DNA of 64,000 nt, taken from NCBI RefSeq assembly GCF_009914755.1, contig NC_060927.1. One strand, given 5' to 3'. The notes below the pieces were generated by a model. It worked only from the letters and a program-made list of their open reading frames with translations. It was not told the origin of the DNA and searched no databases. Below are positions 1-21,579 of the stretch, piece after piece (within the stretch, counting starts at the first letter, position 1; the number at the start of each line of letters is the position of its first letter). Position numbers and translations under genes: made by a program. The stretch comes from the human T2T-CHM13v2.0 reference genome, Homo sapiens.

Positions 1-88
1 CAGCACTTTGAGAGGCTGAGGCGGGCAGATCATGAGGTCAGGAGATCGAGGCCATCCTGGCTAACATGGTGAAACCCCATCTCTACTA

Positions 89-238
<150 letters not shown>

Positions 239-280
239 TCAAAAAAAAAAAAAAAAGAAAGAAAGAAAGAAAGAAAGAAA

Positions 281-578
281 AGAAATTTATTTCTTACACC
301 TCCTGAGGCTGGGAAGGTTAAGAGCATGGCGCCAGCACCTTGGAGATGGTCATCTCATGGGAGAATGGCAGAAGATGGAAGCAAGTGCAGAAGACAGAAG
401 AAATCAGCTAAACTCGCTTTGAGAACAAACCCAGTCTCGAGATAACTAACCCACTCCCATGATAAGAGCATTAATCCATTCATGAAGGCAGAGTCATCAT
501 GACCTAATCACCTCCTAAAGGCTTCATGTCAATTAAATCTCATGAGTTTCAGAGGGGACAAGAATTCAAACCATACCA
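281..578 (-). mobile_element. MaLR LTR fragment (MSTC/MSTD-like)
   Basis: AGAAATTTATTTCT, GCATTAATCCATTCATGA, ATGACCTAATCACCTC and ATTCAAACCATACCA are typical of MST/MLT1A LTRs. Confidence 0.7.
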
Positions 579-599
579 ATACCTAAATATAGATAAAGG

Positions 600-4405
<3,806 letters not shown>

Positions 4406-5812
4406 TCATCCTTTATACTTGAGACCTCTGGTCCAGAGAAGTGAAGTGTTCTGCTCAGTGTCACACCACTGGTCAGGGGCAGACCGGAATCAGAAAGTAG
4501 GCCTTATTTCTTCATCAGAGTCTAGGAAGCCGCCAGGGGAAAGAGGCTGTGCTTTAGAAGGTTAAGGCCTATGATCCACCCTGCGTCACCCAAAGTAAAC
4601 TAGGAAGGAAGTGTAAATAAACCCCACAAAGATCGGACATTTTTCCATGATGACCACATTGATGCATTTATTAAAAATACAAAATGCTAATAATCCAAAC
4701 CAGCCCTCTTCCCTTTTTTCCCCTTTGGGAGCCCTTGCACTGTGGTGCATGAAACACATGCTTGAACTAGGCCATTGGGAACTGCGGCTTGGACAAGGAA
4801 CAGCCACAGCTTTTCCTGTACTCAGAGCAGGCAAAGTGCCATTAAATGCAGCTGGAAGCCAGGGCAGGGGAAGGGGTGGGAAGCTCCTGGAGAGCCCCCA
4901 GCTCCTCCCAGTTACTGACTGGCTCTGGAGGAGAGGAGCTAGAAGGCCGAGATACCTGAGGAGACAAACCTGGGGCACCACTGCCACCTGATGTCTTCCT
5001 ATGGCCATTGCAGTGGTCACAGCCCCAAGCCCCGTGGCAGCCTGGCAGCAGAGTGAAACAAGAGGGCAAAGAAAGCCTATCGGTGGAAGTTTTTATTTAC
5101 CCTTGACGGTGGGTACTCCCAGACAGTGGGTATGTCTGAAATACTTCATATTGAAGAAAGACATCCATATTGAAAAACTAAACAGAAAACATAAATGGAA
5201 AATGAATCAACATATACAAAGTAGCCACAGTATGGAGGTGCGGATTTGACTTTGCCTGCGGAAGAGCTGTCCTGCTCTGGCCAGCACTGGAAGGGACTCT
5301 GCCTCCTCTGTTCTGGGAGCGTGCAAGCAGGAACTCTGGACTGGGCTTTGCACAACTTCCAGGAGTCATTGCTTAGAAATCAGAATGACCAAGATCTTAA
5401 GGTCTTAGAATCATCTAGGTAATCCACCCCCATCCCAGCTGCCAGGTCACAGTCACACAGAGGCTGAGCACGCCCAATGCCATGCCCAATGCCACCCAGT
5501 CTTCCCCTGCTGCTGTTTCTGCCTCGCCTCCCTGTCCTTCCCCTACCCTACCCTAGCGTGGGCAGGCTTTGTGTCCCAAGGTCACCAGTGACATATGTCC
5601 CACCACAGGCAGCCGAGCTTAACCCTATCACTGAGACCTCCTTGTGGCTGCTCCCTACCCCTCCCTGCCTGGCTTCCTGGCATCCTGCCTCTAACCTCTC
5701 TCTCTGCTTCCCTGTCTTCTACATTGGTAGAACTGCCACTTGGATACGTGTGACAACTTGCTGTCACCAGCCTGGATATTTCTCTGGAGCACTCCTCACA
5801 TTCAACACTTGA

Positions 5813-7280
<1,468 letters not shown>

Positions 7281-7472
7281 TGAATCCATCCCTCTCCCTC
7301 ACTCCCATCTACCCATCCATCACCAGATCCCAGCACCTAAAGCCCTTCCCTCCCATGCCCCAGCTTCTGCTATGACTATAATTATCATCATTCCTTACCT
7401 ATCATCCATCCTTTGTCTTGCTCTCAGCAATTACACGGCTTCACACTGCTCCCTTCTTAAACCCTCTACAGG

Positions 7473-7610
7473 CTGGCTGCTCAAAGGGTAGCAAAAGGAT
7501 CAGCAGCTTTGAGAGTCTGTTAAAAATGCAGAACCTCAGGCTGCGACCCAGAGCTGTGGAATCAGAATCTGCGTTTTAACAAGTTTCCCACGTGTTTGAG
7601 AAGTCCTGCT
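7473..7610. mobile_element. MER5A hAT-Charlie DNA transposon remnant
   Basis: TGTTAAAAATGCAGAACCTCAGGC...GAATCAGAATCTGCGTTTTAACAAG...TTTGAGAAGTCCTG. Confidence 0.7.
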
Positions 7611-8337
7611 CTCATAGATCCCTAGGCTTACAGACTCCTCAGAATGGCGTTCAGGGTCCCCCCCCCCCGCCCACCACAAACCTCTCCTACCTTGTTCACA
7701 GGTATGAATGCATGGTATTTCCCCTTTGAACACAATTTCTTTTTCCTGGAACACCCTGTCTCGTGAGACTCCTGCTGAAGGTTAGATTTGAACATCGCCT
7801 CCTATGGGGTCCACTGCTTGCTCTGGAGCCCCATGTCCTCTGGACCCCTCTCTATCCTAGCTTCTGTTACATGGAAACGTTACACCTAAGACCTCGTCAT
7901 TTTTAGTGACTATTTCTCCCACTAGCCAGTGAACGCCTTGAGACAAAGCCTGCATCTTACACACTTCCTTATCCTCAGTGCTCAGCACAAGTCAAACGTT
8001 TATTGAATGAGAGAAACAGCTTTTCCTCCATAGAGGCCCTTCCAAGTAGATTTGAAGTGGGTATTGCAAAGGGGCCATATGCAAAGGGGCCATCCAAATG
8101 CCAGAGCCACGGTATGTTGGGACAGGGGCAGTCACAGAGAACATCTACTTATCTAATTCTTTTTTTTTTTAATTTTTTTTTTTTTTGAGACAGGGTCTCA
8201 CTCCTGTCACCCAGGCTGGGGTGCAGTGGAACAATCTTGGCTCACTGCAGCCTTGACTTCCCTGGGCTTGGGTAATCCTCCCACCTCAGCCTCCTGAGTA
8301 TCTGGGACAATAGGCATGCACCACCATACCTGGCTAA

Positions 8338-8577
<240 letters not shown>

Positions 8578-8761
8578 TGATTCATGCTTTGCCCTTCTTG
8601 GAGCCAAGTGCCCTTAAGTGTGATAAGCAGAGAAATAAAAATCAAAGTGAGTCACGGATGAATGAGCACATAATGGAGATTGTTTTGTTTTAGAGATGGG
8701 GTCTCACTATATTGCCCAGGCAGGTTTTGAACTCCTGGGCTCAAGCAATCCTCATGCCTTA

Positions 8762-9096
<335 letters not shown>

Positions 9097-10352
9097 TCAA
9101 AAAAAAAAAAAAAAAAAGGAAAAAAAATCTGAATCTATCTTCTTGCTTAGGAAATAGTCATACCAGGGAAGGATAAGTGTTACCTTTATGGGGGTTGGGT
9201 GCAGCTGAAGAGTTTATGATGAAGTCAGGGTAGGCAAGGGGCTTCAGCTAAGCTGTTCATTCTTAAGCTGGTGTGTGAAATATAAGTGTTGATTTTTTGT
9301 ACATCTTTGCATACTTTAAATTTTTAAAATCTGAATCAGATCACACCTTGGATGGAATAGTTTTCCCCAAAATTTAAAGTGAGTTAAGTTTTGCCCATGG
9401 TTTTGAGTTAACCAACTCTTGACCTTGTGGGTGTCCACACATAAATTTTTCTATAGTAAATGCAAACTTTCTGCATGGCAGGCTTCAAGCTCTAACAAGC
9501 AAGTTTCAGAGAGCAGGGGCATTCTAGAAACAGAATCCTGACCTCTCAGTGAAGCATAAAATGAGCAGAGGCTAAGGATGAGGTTGCATCTTAGCATACG
9601 GGCTAAAGAGGTCGTTTCATTTTACAGGCAAAAAAAAAAAAAAAATTAAATTCTCAATAATGGGTTGACTTAATTTGCAATTTTAGGAAGGATAGATCAG
9701 ACAGGAAGCCAGCTGACCTTTGCAGCAATCCAGGGAAATATTACTTGCTCAAAGTAAACTTTAAAAAGCATGGTGGCTCACATCTGTAATCCCAGCACTT
9801 TGGGAGGCTGAGGTGGGAGGATTGCTTGAGCCTGGAAGGTCGAAGCTGGAGTAAGCCGAGATCACACCACTGCAACTCCAGCCTGGGCAACAGTGAGACT
9901 GTCTCAGAAAAATATATGTATATATAATATAATCAAATATGCCTGAACCCCTGGTTTTCCAACCCATACCTAAAGGACCATGTGTTTTCTATTCTGGGCG
10001 TCCCTCTGTGCTTCAGCCCAATATATTTTGTCCCCAGTAGCCCCCAGCATCACATTATGTGTGGGCACTGCAGCCTTGACCTCCTGGCCTCAAGTGATCT
10101 GCCTGCCTCGGCCTCCCAAAATGCGGGGATTACAAGCATGAGCCACTGCGGCTGGCCTCAGGCACACTTTTTATGCACCCATTTCATCTTGCAAATCAAT
10201 CTGAACCACAAGTTTTTGGAGTCAGAGCTTCTTGAGGAAATGTGGCCATCCCAAACACTAATTTTAGTTAATGTGGTCCCAGGACCTTAAAGGGAAATGT
10301 AATTCTCCTTAAATCCATCAAGAACTAGGCAGAGAGCATGGGTTCAAGATCT

Positions 10353-10358
10353 TTTATT
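10353..10358 (-). terminator. Polyadenylation signal AATAAA of CDC25A
   Basis: TTTATT on the plus strand, followed on the minus strand by a CA dinucleotide and U/GU-rich sequence. Confidence 0.8.
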
Positions 10359-11357
10359 TTCAGAGCTTCCAACAGTTGGTTAGTAATGCTAGCTAAGCTG
10401 GTATAATCTGAAGGCCATCCCACCTTTCTCTTTAGGCAGTCAACCAACAGAATCTCTTTCTTACAAACAATATCATTAACCAGTTGGAATCTGTCTCAAT
10501 GCGCGTGTAGGAAGAAGTCCTCTCCCCCACATTTTTCCCAACAAGATTGTTTTATAGCCAAATGTAACTCAAACCCGTAACACAGCAACTAGCCATCTCC
10601 AGTATCACTGATTCCCACCCCAAGAAGTTGAGGTAAGAGGGGAGAGACTGTCTCCTGTTTAAGAAAAACCCACCTACACCTCAGTGAAGCCGTGATGGTA
10701 AGGAGGCTGGCACCAGAGGGCAGGGATGAGTAGGCACTGAAACAGGTCTCTCTAGAATCAATGAAGTCTGCCCCAGCTCCTTGGATGAGGTGTTCTTTTG
10801 AAATTCCCACTTTTATGGAGTTAGATAAGGGGACAACCGGTGATGATTCATCACTCCCTGTCTCTAAAATTAAAACATGATAAACCCAGAAAGTTTTACC
10901 TTCAAAATCCACCAAGCTCCCTCCTGAGAAAATTCTATCCAGTCATGTCCATGCCAGCACCCACTCCCTTCTCCTAATGCCCAGGGCTTCCAGCCCCTCT
11001 CCTCACCCTTGGGTGGTCCATCCAACACTGATTTGATACTCTTTGACTCATAATATGACCATTTTTTAAAAATTAGAAAATAAAAGCTATCAATATCACA
11101 GCAACATAAGGAAGATACTCAGTGGACATGCTCCTCCCCCATCCTGTGGAGCCCACCTACCCCCACCCCCCTTCCCTGGGAAACCTACACTGCAACATTC
11201 CAGCACTGAGCCGGGGGTGGCCCAACAGATGCTGCCTCAAGTGCTTTCCTGACTGTGGCTCCTATACCAGCCAATGTCATGGAACTGGGGTGAGGAAGAA
11301 CAGGGCCACACCTCCCACCAAATAGATATCGGTAGCCAGTGGTGGGTCTGGGAGATT

Positions 11358-11365
11358 TAGCTTAT
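11358..11365 (-). promoter_or_regulatory. miR-21 8mer seed site (AUAAGCUA) in the CDC25A 3'UTR
   Basis: Plus-strand TAGCTTAT equals miR-21 nt 1-8; CDC25A is an established miR-21 target. Confidence 0.8.
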
Positions 11366-11423
11366 GTCAGGCAGCCAAGCCTGGGTCCAACGCTCTCACC
11401 AGGACCTCAGTTCTTGGCTTAAA

Positions 11424-11431
11424 TAGCAGCA
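11424..11431 (-). promoter_or_regulatory. miR-15/16/195/424/497 8mer seed site (UGCUGCUA); a second 7mer-m8 site lies at 11734-11740
   Basis: Plus-strand TAGCAGCA here and AGCAGCA at 11734-11740. Confidence 0.8.
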
Positions 11432-11546
11432 GCCCCAGTACCACAGCGCCTCCTGGGGGTGACAGAGCACCTAGCTTTCTGTCCGATAACTTATAACAGG
11501 TTTGCATTTTCTTACCCACTTCTTTTTTTTTTTTAAATTAAAAGCC

Positions 11547-11553
11547 GAGGTAG
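11547..11553 (-). promoter_or_regulatory. let-7 7mer-m8 site (CUACCUC); further let-7 matches at 11963-11969 and 10629-10635
   Basis: Plus-strand GAGGTAG (twice) and TGAGGTA. Confidence 0.7.
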
Positions 11554-11582
11554 TCCCTGGGATAATAAAACCCTACCTAGAA

Positions 11583-11589
11583 TGGCAGT
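11583..11589 (-). promoter_or_regulatory. miR-34/449 7mer-A1 site (ACUGCCA)
   Basis: Plus-strand TGGCAGT equals miR-34a/449a nt 1-7. Confidence 0.6.
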
Positions 11590-12104
11590 ATTTCAACCTA
11601 ATGAAGCAGTAAAATAAGTCTCCAGGAGTTAGAAAAAAAAATAAAATAAAGTGATTGATGAAGTTGAATAAATTAAACATATGGATTATCCCACAAAGAC
11701 CTTTCCTTCCCAGGTTGTCTTTGCTATTTGGCCAGCAGCATTTCTGTGTAACTTCTCTACTCCCCTCCGTCTCCTCTCCCCTCATGAGATGGCTGGAGCC
11801 CGATAAGGCCCCGGCTGGTTCATCCCACTGTGGCTCAGAGCAGCTTGACACGGTGCTCAGAACTGCATTGTGGCACAGTTCTGATATGGACGGAGGACGT
11901 CTAACAGGGACAGAAGAGGCGTAGCCAGCAAGATGCCCTGGGCTCCAACCTTGGGAGTGTGGGAGGTAGGTTTAAGGCATGGAAGTCCCAGGCCCCCTCT
12001 CCAAATGTCACACAGCTGTCCCCTTTGCTTAAGTTTCTCTGCAGCAAAGAGGGTAAAGGGGGATGGAGGGAAGCTTGGGCTGCTGCTGGCTGGTCCTGCC
12101 GCCC

Positions 12105-12245
12105 TCAGAGCTTCTTCAGACGACTGTACATCTCCCTCTTGCTCTTCTCCCCTGCCCAGGTCCGGCTCTTGGTGCGGAACTTCTTCAGGTCTTCTTTAAA
12201 GTCCTCGTGGTGCATGGGCCGGTAGCTAGGGGGCTCACAGTAAGA
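12105..12245 (-). CDS. CDC25A: CDC25A terminal coding exon 15 ([16 protein letters not shown]...[21 protein letters not shown]-stop; T507)
   Basis: Acceptor CCCTCAG; 141 nt ending in TGA at 12107-12105. The exon lengths sum to 1575 nt, i.e. 524 aa plus stop. Confidence 0.97.
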   Translation of the reverse strand, partial: SYCEPPSYRPMHHEDFKEDLKKFRTKSRTWAGEKSKREMYSRLKKL

Positions 12246-12503
12246 CTGAGGGGACAGGAGAGAATAAGGTTAGGGTACACCTGCCTCACACCCACAACCT
12301 GGTTTCCTCTCTGCCTAGGGCTACAAGGCTGAAAGCGGCCAGGCAGACCTAGGGAGCCAGTTCTACAGGGGCTTTCTTTGGGTTCAGCAGATACCCACCT
12401 TGTCCCCCGACCCCTGGAAAGAAAGTCATGACCACCAGACAGATCCATTAGTCTACCACTGGGGGCAGGGGAGGAGAGATGCTCTCCACAACCCCAGTCT
12501 TAC

Positions 12504-12615
12504 CTGGCATTTCATAAAGAACTCCTTGTATCCCCCCTTCAGGACATACAGCTCAGGGTAGTGGAGTTTGGGGTATTCATTACCCAGGCGATCTCTCTCT
12601 CTCACATACCGGCAC
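12504..12615 (-). CDS. CDC25A: CDC25A coding exon 14 ([38 protein letters not shown])
   Basis: Acceptor TGACTAG, donor CAG|GTAAGA; 112 nt; visible in ORF 12453..12683(-). Confidence 0.97.
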
Positions 12616-13336
12616 CTAGTCAGGGGAAGGAAGGCCAAAGCAGGGTTAGCTTTTCCAGCACAGCAACAAGGCAACGCAGTCAAAGCAGCAGTTGTGGTCT
12701 AAGTCCCCCTTATACACATCTTCCCAACTTGACATTTATTCTTAGAAACAATCAGTGCTGAGTTGCAAGTTCCTGGCCACATGAGCAGCACTCACAGCCA
12801 GTGCCAGTAGATGGTCTCTTCCCCAATTTTCCTTTCTCCAACAATCCTAGCATCTGAGTCCTGCCCAGCACCTTCACCACCACAGTTTGTGGCAAGTTTT
12901 CACTATATGAGCCAGCTTCCCCTTGCTTTCTCCACCCCAGCCTTCTCTTCAGCCAGGCTCCCTCACTCACCTCCTTCTACATAAGTGGGCTTGTTTCTTT
13001 CTGTGGCTTTTAAAGAGGCTGAACTTGCTCCTGCCTCGGGGCCCTGTTTCTATCCTCTACTTGGACTGAATGGTCTTCAATATCCAGCCAATGGCTGCTT
13101 ACTGCCTCGCCCTTGGTGAAAAAGCCCGAGGCCCCAAGTCCTTCAGAGGCCTACAGCTCTACAGGCCCCTACTGCTGCTCTGCCCCTTGTTCACCCCACG
13201 CCAGCCCCTGCAGCCCCACTACTGTTCCTCCAGCCTGCCTGGGAGCTCCACCACTGGCCTTATTTTCCTCTGAAGCACCTTCTTTTTTCTGAGACAGAAT
13301 CTCACTCTGTCACCAGGCTGGAGTGCAAGGGCGTGA

Positions 13337-15299
<1,963 letters not shown>

Positions 15300-15423
15300 T
15301 TATGAGATGACAGTCAAAAGTGTCAAGTTGTACTGTAGTTGCCTGTGTGTAGAGCATGTACATACAAATGTGACAAAATGTTAAAAATTAATAAAATCAG
15401 GTGAAGTGTGTGCAAGTATAACC

Positions 15424-15425
<2 letters not shown>

Positions 15426-15466
<41 letters not shown>
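15426..15466. repeat. Compound (TG)n(AG)n microsatellite at an antisense Alu tail
   Basis: Read directly. Confidence 0.95.
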
Positions 15467-15843
15467 CAGAATCTCACTCTGTCACCTAGGCTGGAGTACA
15501 GTGGCATGATCATGGCTCACCACAGCCTCGACCTGCTGGGCTCAAACGATCCTCCCACCTCCTATTTTTTGTAGAGGTGTGGTCCCACTGTGTTACCCAG
15601 GTTGGTCTGGTCTGAAACTCCCGAGCAAGTGATCCTCCTGCCTCGGCCTCCCAAAGTGTTGGGATTACAGGTGCCACTGTGCCCAGCCATAACCTCACCT
15701 CTTCTTGAGCTTTAAAATGGTTCAGGTCAGGCGCAGTGGCTCACGCCTGTAATCCAAGCACTTTGGGAGGCCGAGACGGGCAGATCGCAAGGTCAGGAGA
15801 TGGAGACCATCCTGGCTAAAATGGTGAAACCCTGTCTCTACTA

Positions 15844-16044
<201 letters not shown>

Positions 16045-16061
16045 TCATGCCTGCAATCCTA

Positions 16062-16787
<726 letters not shown>

Positions 16788-17464
16788 TTAAAAATGTTTT
16801 TTAAAATAAATTGGTTCAAAATAAAAAGGTGGCATAAGAACGTGGTCCTGCAGAAGTCTCCCTTGGACCATCCTAGTTAAGCTGCACTCTCTGTCCTACC
16901 TCTCTGCCTGTCCTCCTAGCATTTATACGGATCCCCACTTGGATCTCTGCTGCAGTAGGGTCCTTGTTGGTCCTGCTCGCTGTGGTATTTTTACTGTACT
17001 GTGTTTTACTGTAGTTACATTTTTATTGTCAGTGCCTGACAAACAGCAGGCTTGCAATCCTTTTAGAATGGACACAGATGACTGATGGGCAGCTCTTTGG
17101 CCCCCTTTTTTCTTTTCACCCTGAAATTGGTAATAATATCAAGTGTTTCAAAGCATCATATCATATGAGGTTTTACAGAATGAGAACTTCACACTTTTCT
17201 GGCATTTGCATAAGGAACGGTCACTTTGTACTTGAAGGAGGTCACATGAGAACAGTAGCCCCACAGATCAGACTAAGGACAGTCGGGGAGACTGGAAGAG
17301 CCAAAGTTCACCTCAGGATAAAATTACATATGAAAATGGCTTGTTATGTGCCAGAGGTTGCTTGATATGCTAAAATATGCTCCAAGTGCAAGCCACAAAC
17401 CACCATGTCCCACAAAAGCATCATGGAGCCTGTGCCCCAGAACCCAGTTCCGTGCAGCACTCAC

Positions 17465-17595
17465 ATGCGGGGACCTCTCTCAGAAGAAAACTCGCAGTGA
17501 AACACAACAATGACACGCTTGCCATCAGTAGGTACAATGGGCTTCTTCAATAAGAAGTCTTCAACCTCTTCTTCCATGTGCAAGTTCACTGCACC
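17465..17595 (-). CDS. CDC25A: CDC25A coding exon 13 (GAVNLHMEEEVEDFLL...VFHCEFSSERGPR-M; catalytic HCX5R loop, C431)
   Basis: Acceptor TCACAG, donor CAT|GTGAGT; 131 nt; HCEFSSER active site visible in ORF 17461..17676(-). Confidence 0.98.
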
Positions 17596-17949
17596 CTGTG
17601 AAGACAACAGAGACCCTTGGAACCTGCACGTTTCACACATGAAGTAATGATTCAGCAAGATGTAATGATTCATCAAGAGTGATCTTTAAGTCCACAAGAC
17701 CAGTTTGTGATTTTTGCAGTTCTTCTAGCTGAATAGCCCAGTAGACCATTTGGCACCTGTATCTCAATGAAGCTTTGTGGGTCCGTACACGTTCATCATA
17801 CAGTAATGCACATGGGGACTGGAAATGGGCAATTCAAATATGACAATGGTACACTTTATAGGTAGTTTTATAAATTTGGGGATTTTCAAAAGCCACAAGA
17901 CAATGGCAAACAGTAACATCGTATTTAAAGTACCTCCTTACTATATTTA

Positions 17950-18297
<348 letters not shown>

Positions 18298-18805
18298 TTA
18301 AAATGGCAAAATCAGTTCCTTTCTTCTTGGGAACGTGTGTCCCAACACGCCCCTCCACCAGGCAGCTTGCTGAACAATCAACTTTGGAGGCATCACTAAG
18401 CCTGGCACAGACACCAGGACATGTTGCCAGAGATGGTCTTCTCCTCATCAGGAGCCCTGGGGTGCTCAGACATTGGTACCCAAGCCTCTTAAATGCTATG
18501 AAACCCATTCTTGTCCCCCGAATGACTTAAACATCAGTGGGTACCTCCTACAAGTGTCCTTGATAATGATGGTGTGAGGGACAAACATGAAGAATAACTG
18601 TAGCACAAGGTGGTAGAGAGTATTGCAGACAAGGGAACATTCGTTAAGAGCACCCGGAATCAAATGCCTTCCACACTCACTGTATTGTTTCAAAATTCTA
18701 ACAACTAGCATATGAGCTAAGTGGCCAGGTGTCACTGTCCTCCCCACTTTAAAACCACAGATCCTGTTTAGGGCTCCTTCTACAGCAAGTCTCAGGAATC
18801 CATAC

Positions 18806-18904
18806 CTTGATGTGGCCTCCCTCGTATTCATATGGGTATCGACAGTCGATGATAACAAACTCTTTAATGAGGTTGGCAAACTTGCCATTCAAAACAGATG
18901 CCAT
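18806..18904 (-). CDS. CDC25A: CDC25A coding exon 12 ([33 protein letters not shown]; rhodanese-fold DCRYPYEY motif)
   Basis: Acceptor CAACAG, donor AAG|GTATGG; 99 nt. Confidence 0.97.
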
Positions 18905-19000
18905 CTGTTGAGAGAAAATTAGGGAGAATCAACTTTGACCGTCAGGGAAAACTAGATTCAAGTACCCGATGTGTGGTGGGTTTCAAAAGGATGGACTTAC

Positions 19001-19063
19001 AATTTCTGGAGAGATGTATTTTAAATCCTGATGTTTCCCAGCAACTGTATGAAAGAGATAACC
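19001..19063 (-). CDS. CDC25A: CDC25A coding exon 11 (GYLFHTVAGKHQDLKYISPEI)
   Basis: Acceptor TTTTAAG, donor ATT|GTAAGT; 63 nt; followed by a 96-nt intron (18905-19000). Confidence 0.97.
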
Positions 19064-21016
19064 CTTAAAAAGAAAAAAAGATACTTAGAGAATCTGAAAG
19101 CCTATATATTATTCACACTTATACTGTTTTGTCTGGCTGGTAGGAGGCATCTTTTAAAAAACAAACATTAATGGCCAGGCACGGTGGCTCACACCTGTAA
19201 TCCCAGCACTTTGGGAGGCCGAGGCTAGTGGATCACCTGAGGTCAGGAGTTCGAGACAAGCCTGGCCAACATGGTGAAACCCCAACTCTTTTAAAAATAC
19301 AAAAATTAGCCGGGCGTTAGCATGCACCTATAGTCCCAGCTACTCGGAAGGCTGGAGTGGGAAAATCGCTTGAATCACAGGAGGCGGAGGTTGCAGTGAG
19401 CTGAGATTGCACCACTGCACTCCAGCCTGGGTGACAGAGCAAGACTCCCTCTCAAAAAACAAACAAACAAACAAGCAAACAAACATTAGTTAGTACACAC
19501 TAGTTACTCTTCTAGTTACTTCATTAACATCCTGACATTTAATTTTCACACAAACCAATGAGGTATATTATCCCCATTTTGAGCACCTTATCCAAGGTTA
19601 CCTAGCTAGTAAGGCAGATTTAAATAAAGAAACCTCAGGTAATCTCATTTTCCTCCTGCTTTTGTCAAGAATCCACACGTCAGTAGTTAGACTGCGAATA
19701 GCACTTAAACATACAGATTTCACTCATTTACTGAGCACCTGCTATGTCCAGCATGGTGCCAGGCACTGGGGATAGGAAAAAAAGAGACCTAGCCCAGCCT
19801 TGAGGAGGAAGATGCACACATTAGCAATTACTCATTAGGGTGACTGGCTGAGCCAAGAGTTCATCTATCCCCATGCATAGGCCCATTAAGACAAATATAA
19901 CCAGGCCTCAATTCAAGTTGAAAATTCCACTGAGTGTGGTGGTGCATGCCTGTAGTCCCAGCTACTTGGGAGGCTGAGGCAGGGGGAGCACTTGAGGCCA
20001 TAAGTTTGAGGCTACAGTGTACTATGATAGCATGTGCGAATAGCCACTGCACTACAGCCTGAGCAACATAGTAAGACCACATCTCTCCCTGCCAAACAAG
20101 AGAAGGTTCCAAAACTGAGGATACAGCTGGATCTTTGCTTGTTCTCTTCATTCTCCGTTCCTTCAAAACCCATTTGGGCTGAAATATCAACGGCCCAACC
20201 CCAGACGTTCCCCAACCCCCTAGCCAAGATAAACCCTTTTACTTCTCACGGCATGCTGTTTATGTTTACACCTCACTAAAATTTATTTCAGTCTACCATG
20301 TGGTACATGTAGTTCACGTCTCACCTCTCCAACCACATGCTAAATTCTTTGAGGGAAGGAACTGTATCTCATTTTGGAATCTCTGCCTAACACATAAGTG
20401 CTTCAATAAATGTTAACTAAATTAATGAATAAAACATTGATCTGGTAACCTTCAAGTCAAAATGTGATTAAAGAAGCTGCTATTGACACATTCCCTGTCC
20501 TAGCCTTGTATTTTACTGCAGCCAAGCCTTCATGTAGTATATCAGGCTATTAGAAGATCTTCCTCTAGACTTCCTGGAGGGTCTTTTCCCTCAATGGCCA
20601 AGCTTCTCTGAACGGAGAAATTCAGTCTCAATCCCAGACCTTCTAAGATAACCTTTCAACATGCAGACTTGTAGTGTGGCTACAGATTTATTTCTGCTGT
20701 ACACTATCCTGCTAATTACTATTTTTATAATAACACAGTTCCCAGAGAGCCTAGTCTTTGGGTTACAATCAAGGTGGTTGGTGGACAGCTCCCTACCTAA
20801 AACTGCCCATCAGCTATAGTGATATCTACAGTCTCAGAAACCAACATATACCTGATCATGAGAAACTAAGTTTGCTTCCCTACCTTTAACATTCTTTTAA
20901 CTGTGTCCTTTTGGAGGTATGCCAGGAACCACCCTGGGGAGGGAGACAGGCTGAGTGGGATTCTAAATACCCACACTCCCTCCTACACTTGCCAGAGCAG
21001 CTCTGCTTGCAATTAC

Positions 21017-21115
21017 CTTGGAGAAGTCTCCTATAAGGTCCCTTGGGTCATTGTCCAAAATGTTCTCAATGGTTCCTTTGGGGGAAGATGCCAGGGATAA
21101 AGACTGATGAAGAGT
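21017..21115 (-). CDS. CDC25A: CDC25A coding exon 10 (TLHQSLSLASSPKG...DLIGDFSK)
   Basis: Acceptor TTACAG, donor AAG|GTAATT; 99 nt; visible in ORF 20963..21175(-). Confidence 0.97.
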
Positions 21116-21531
21116 CTGTAACAAATCAAAGGTAGAGAATGAGACAAGGGTTCTGAATGGAACTTCTGAAAACATTCACTTGGAGCATGTCTCGAGGAGA
21201 CTAAAATGTTAATGCCTACATTTAGTAAGAAGTTTTTATTTTATTTTATTGAATCTGGAGTGAACAAAAACAGATGTGGGTTATTGACTAGGTCTCCTAT
21301 TATTCCAGTGTCTAACCGAATTGCTCTGAAACTAAGTTTTCCTTCCTTCCTTAAAAAAAAAAAAAAAAAAAAGGGGGTGCAGGTGGTTTGGCTCATGCCT
21401 GTAATCCCAGCACTTTGGGAGGCCAAGGTGGGTTACTCACTTGAGCCCAGGAGTTCCAGACCAGCCTGGGCAAGGCAGGTGAATCGCTTGAGCCCAGGAG
21501 TTCCAGACCAGATCAAAGAGCAAGACCCTGT

Positions 21532-21532
<1 letters not shown>

Positions 21533-21578
<46 letters not shown>
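21533..21578. repeat. (CA)23 microsatellite replacing an Alu middle linker
   Basis: Read directly; lies between the left and right Alu arms. Confidence 0.95.

Positions 21579-21579
<1 letters not shown>

Larger units (their letters stand above)
10330..12104 (-). other. CDC25A: CDC25A 3' UTR (~1.8 kb; 3' end approximate)
   Basis: Repeat-free stretch between the stop codon and the only canonical AATAAA I found in it; contains several miRNA seed matches. Confidence 0.85.

Noticed and set aside
11445-11460. CTCF-like AGCGCCTCCTGGGGGT in the 3'UTR
   Set aside because: Two mismatches at informative core positions; cannot be supported without ChIP data.
11523-11534. A12 run in the 3'UTR as a possible proximal poly(A) site
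   Set aside because: Genomically encoded A tract with no upstream AATAAA; a likely oligo-dT internal-priming artefact.
18496-18888. 130-aa minus-strand ORF overlapping exon 12
   Set aside because: Alternative frame of exon 12 reading into the intron; no support as an independent CDS.
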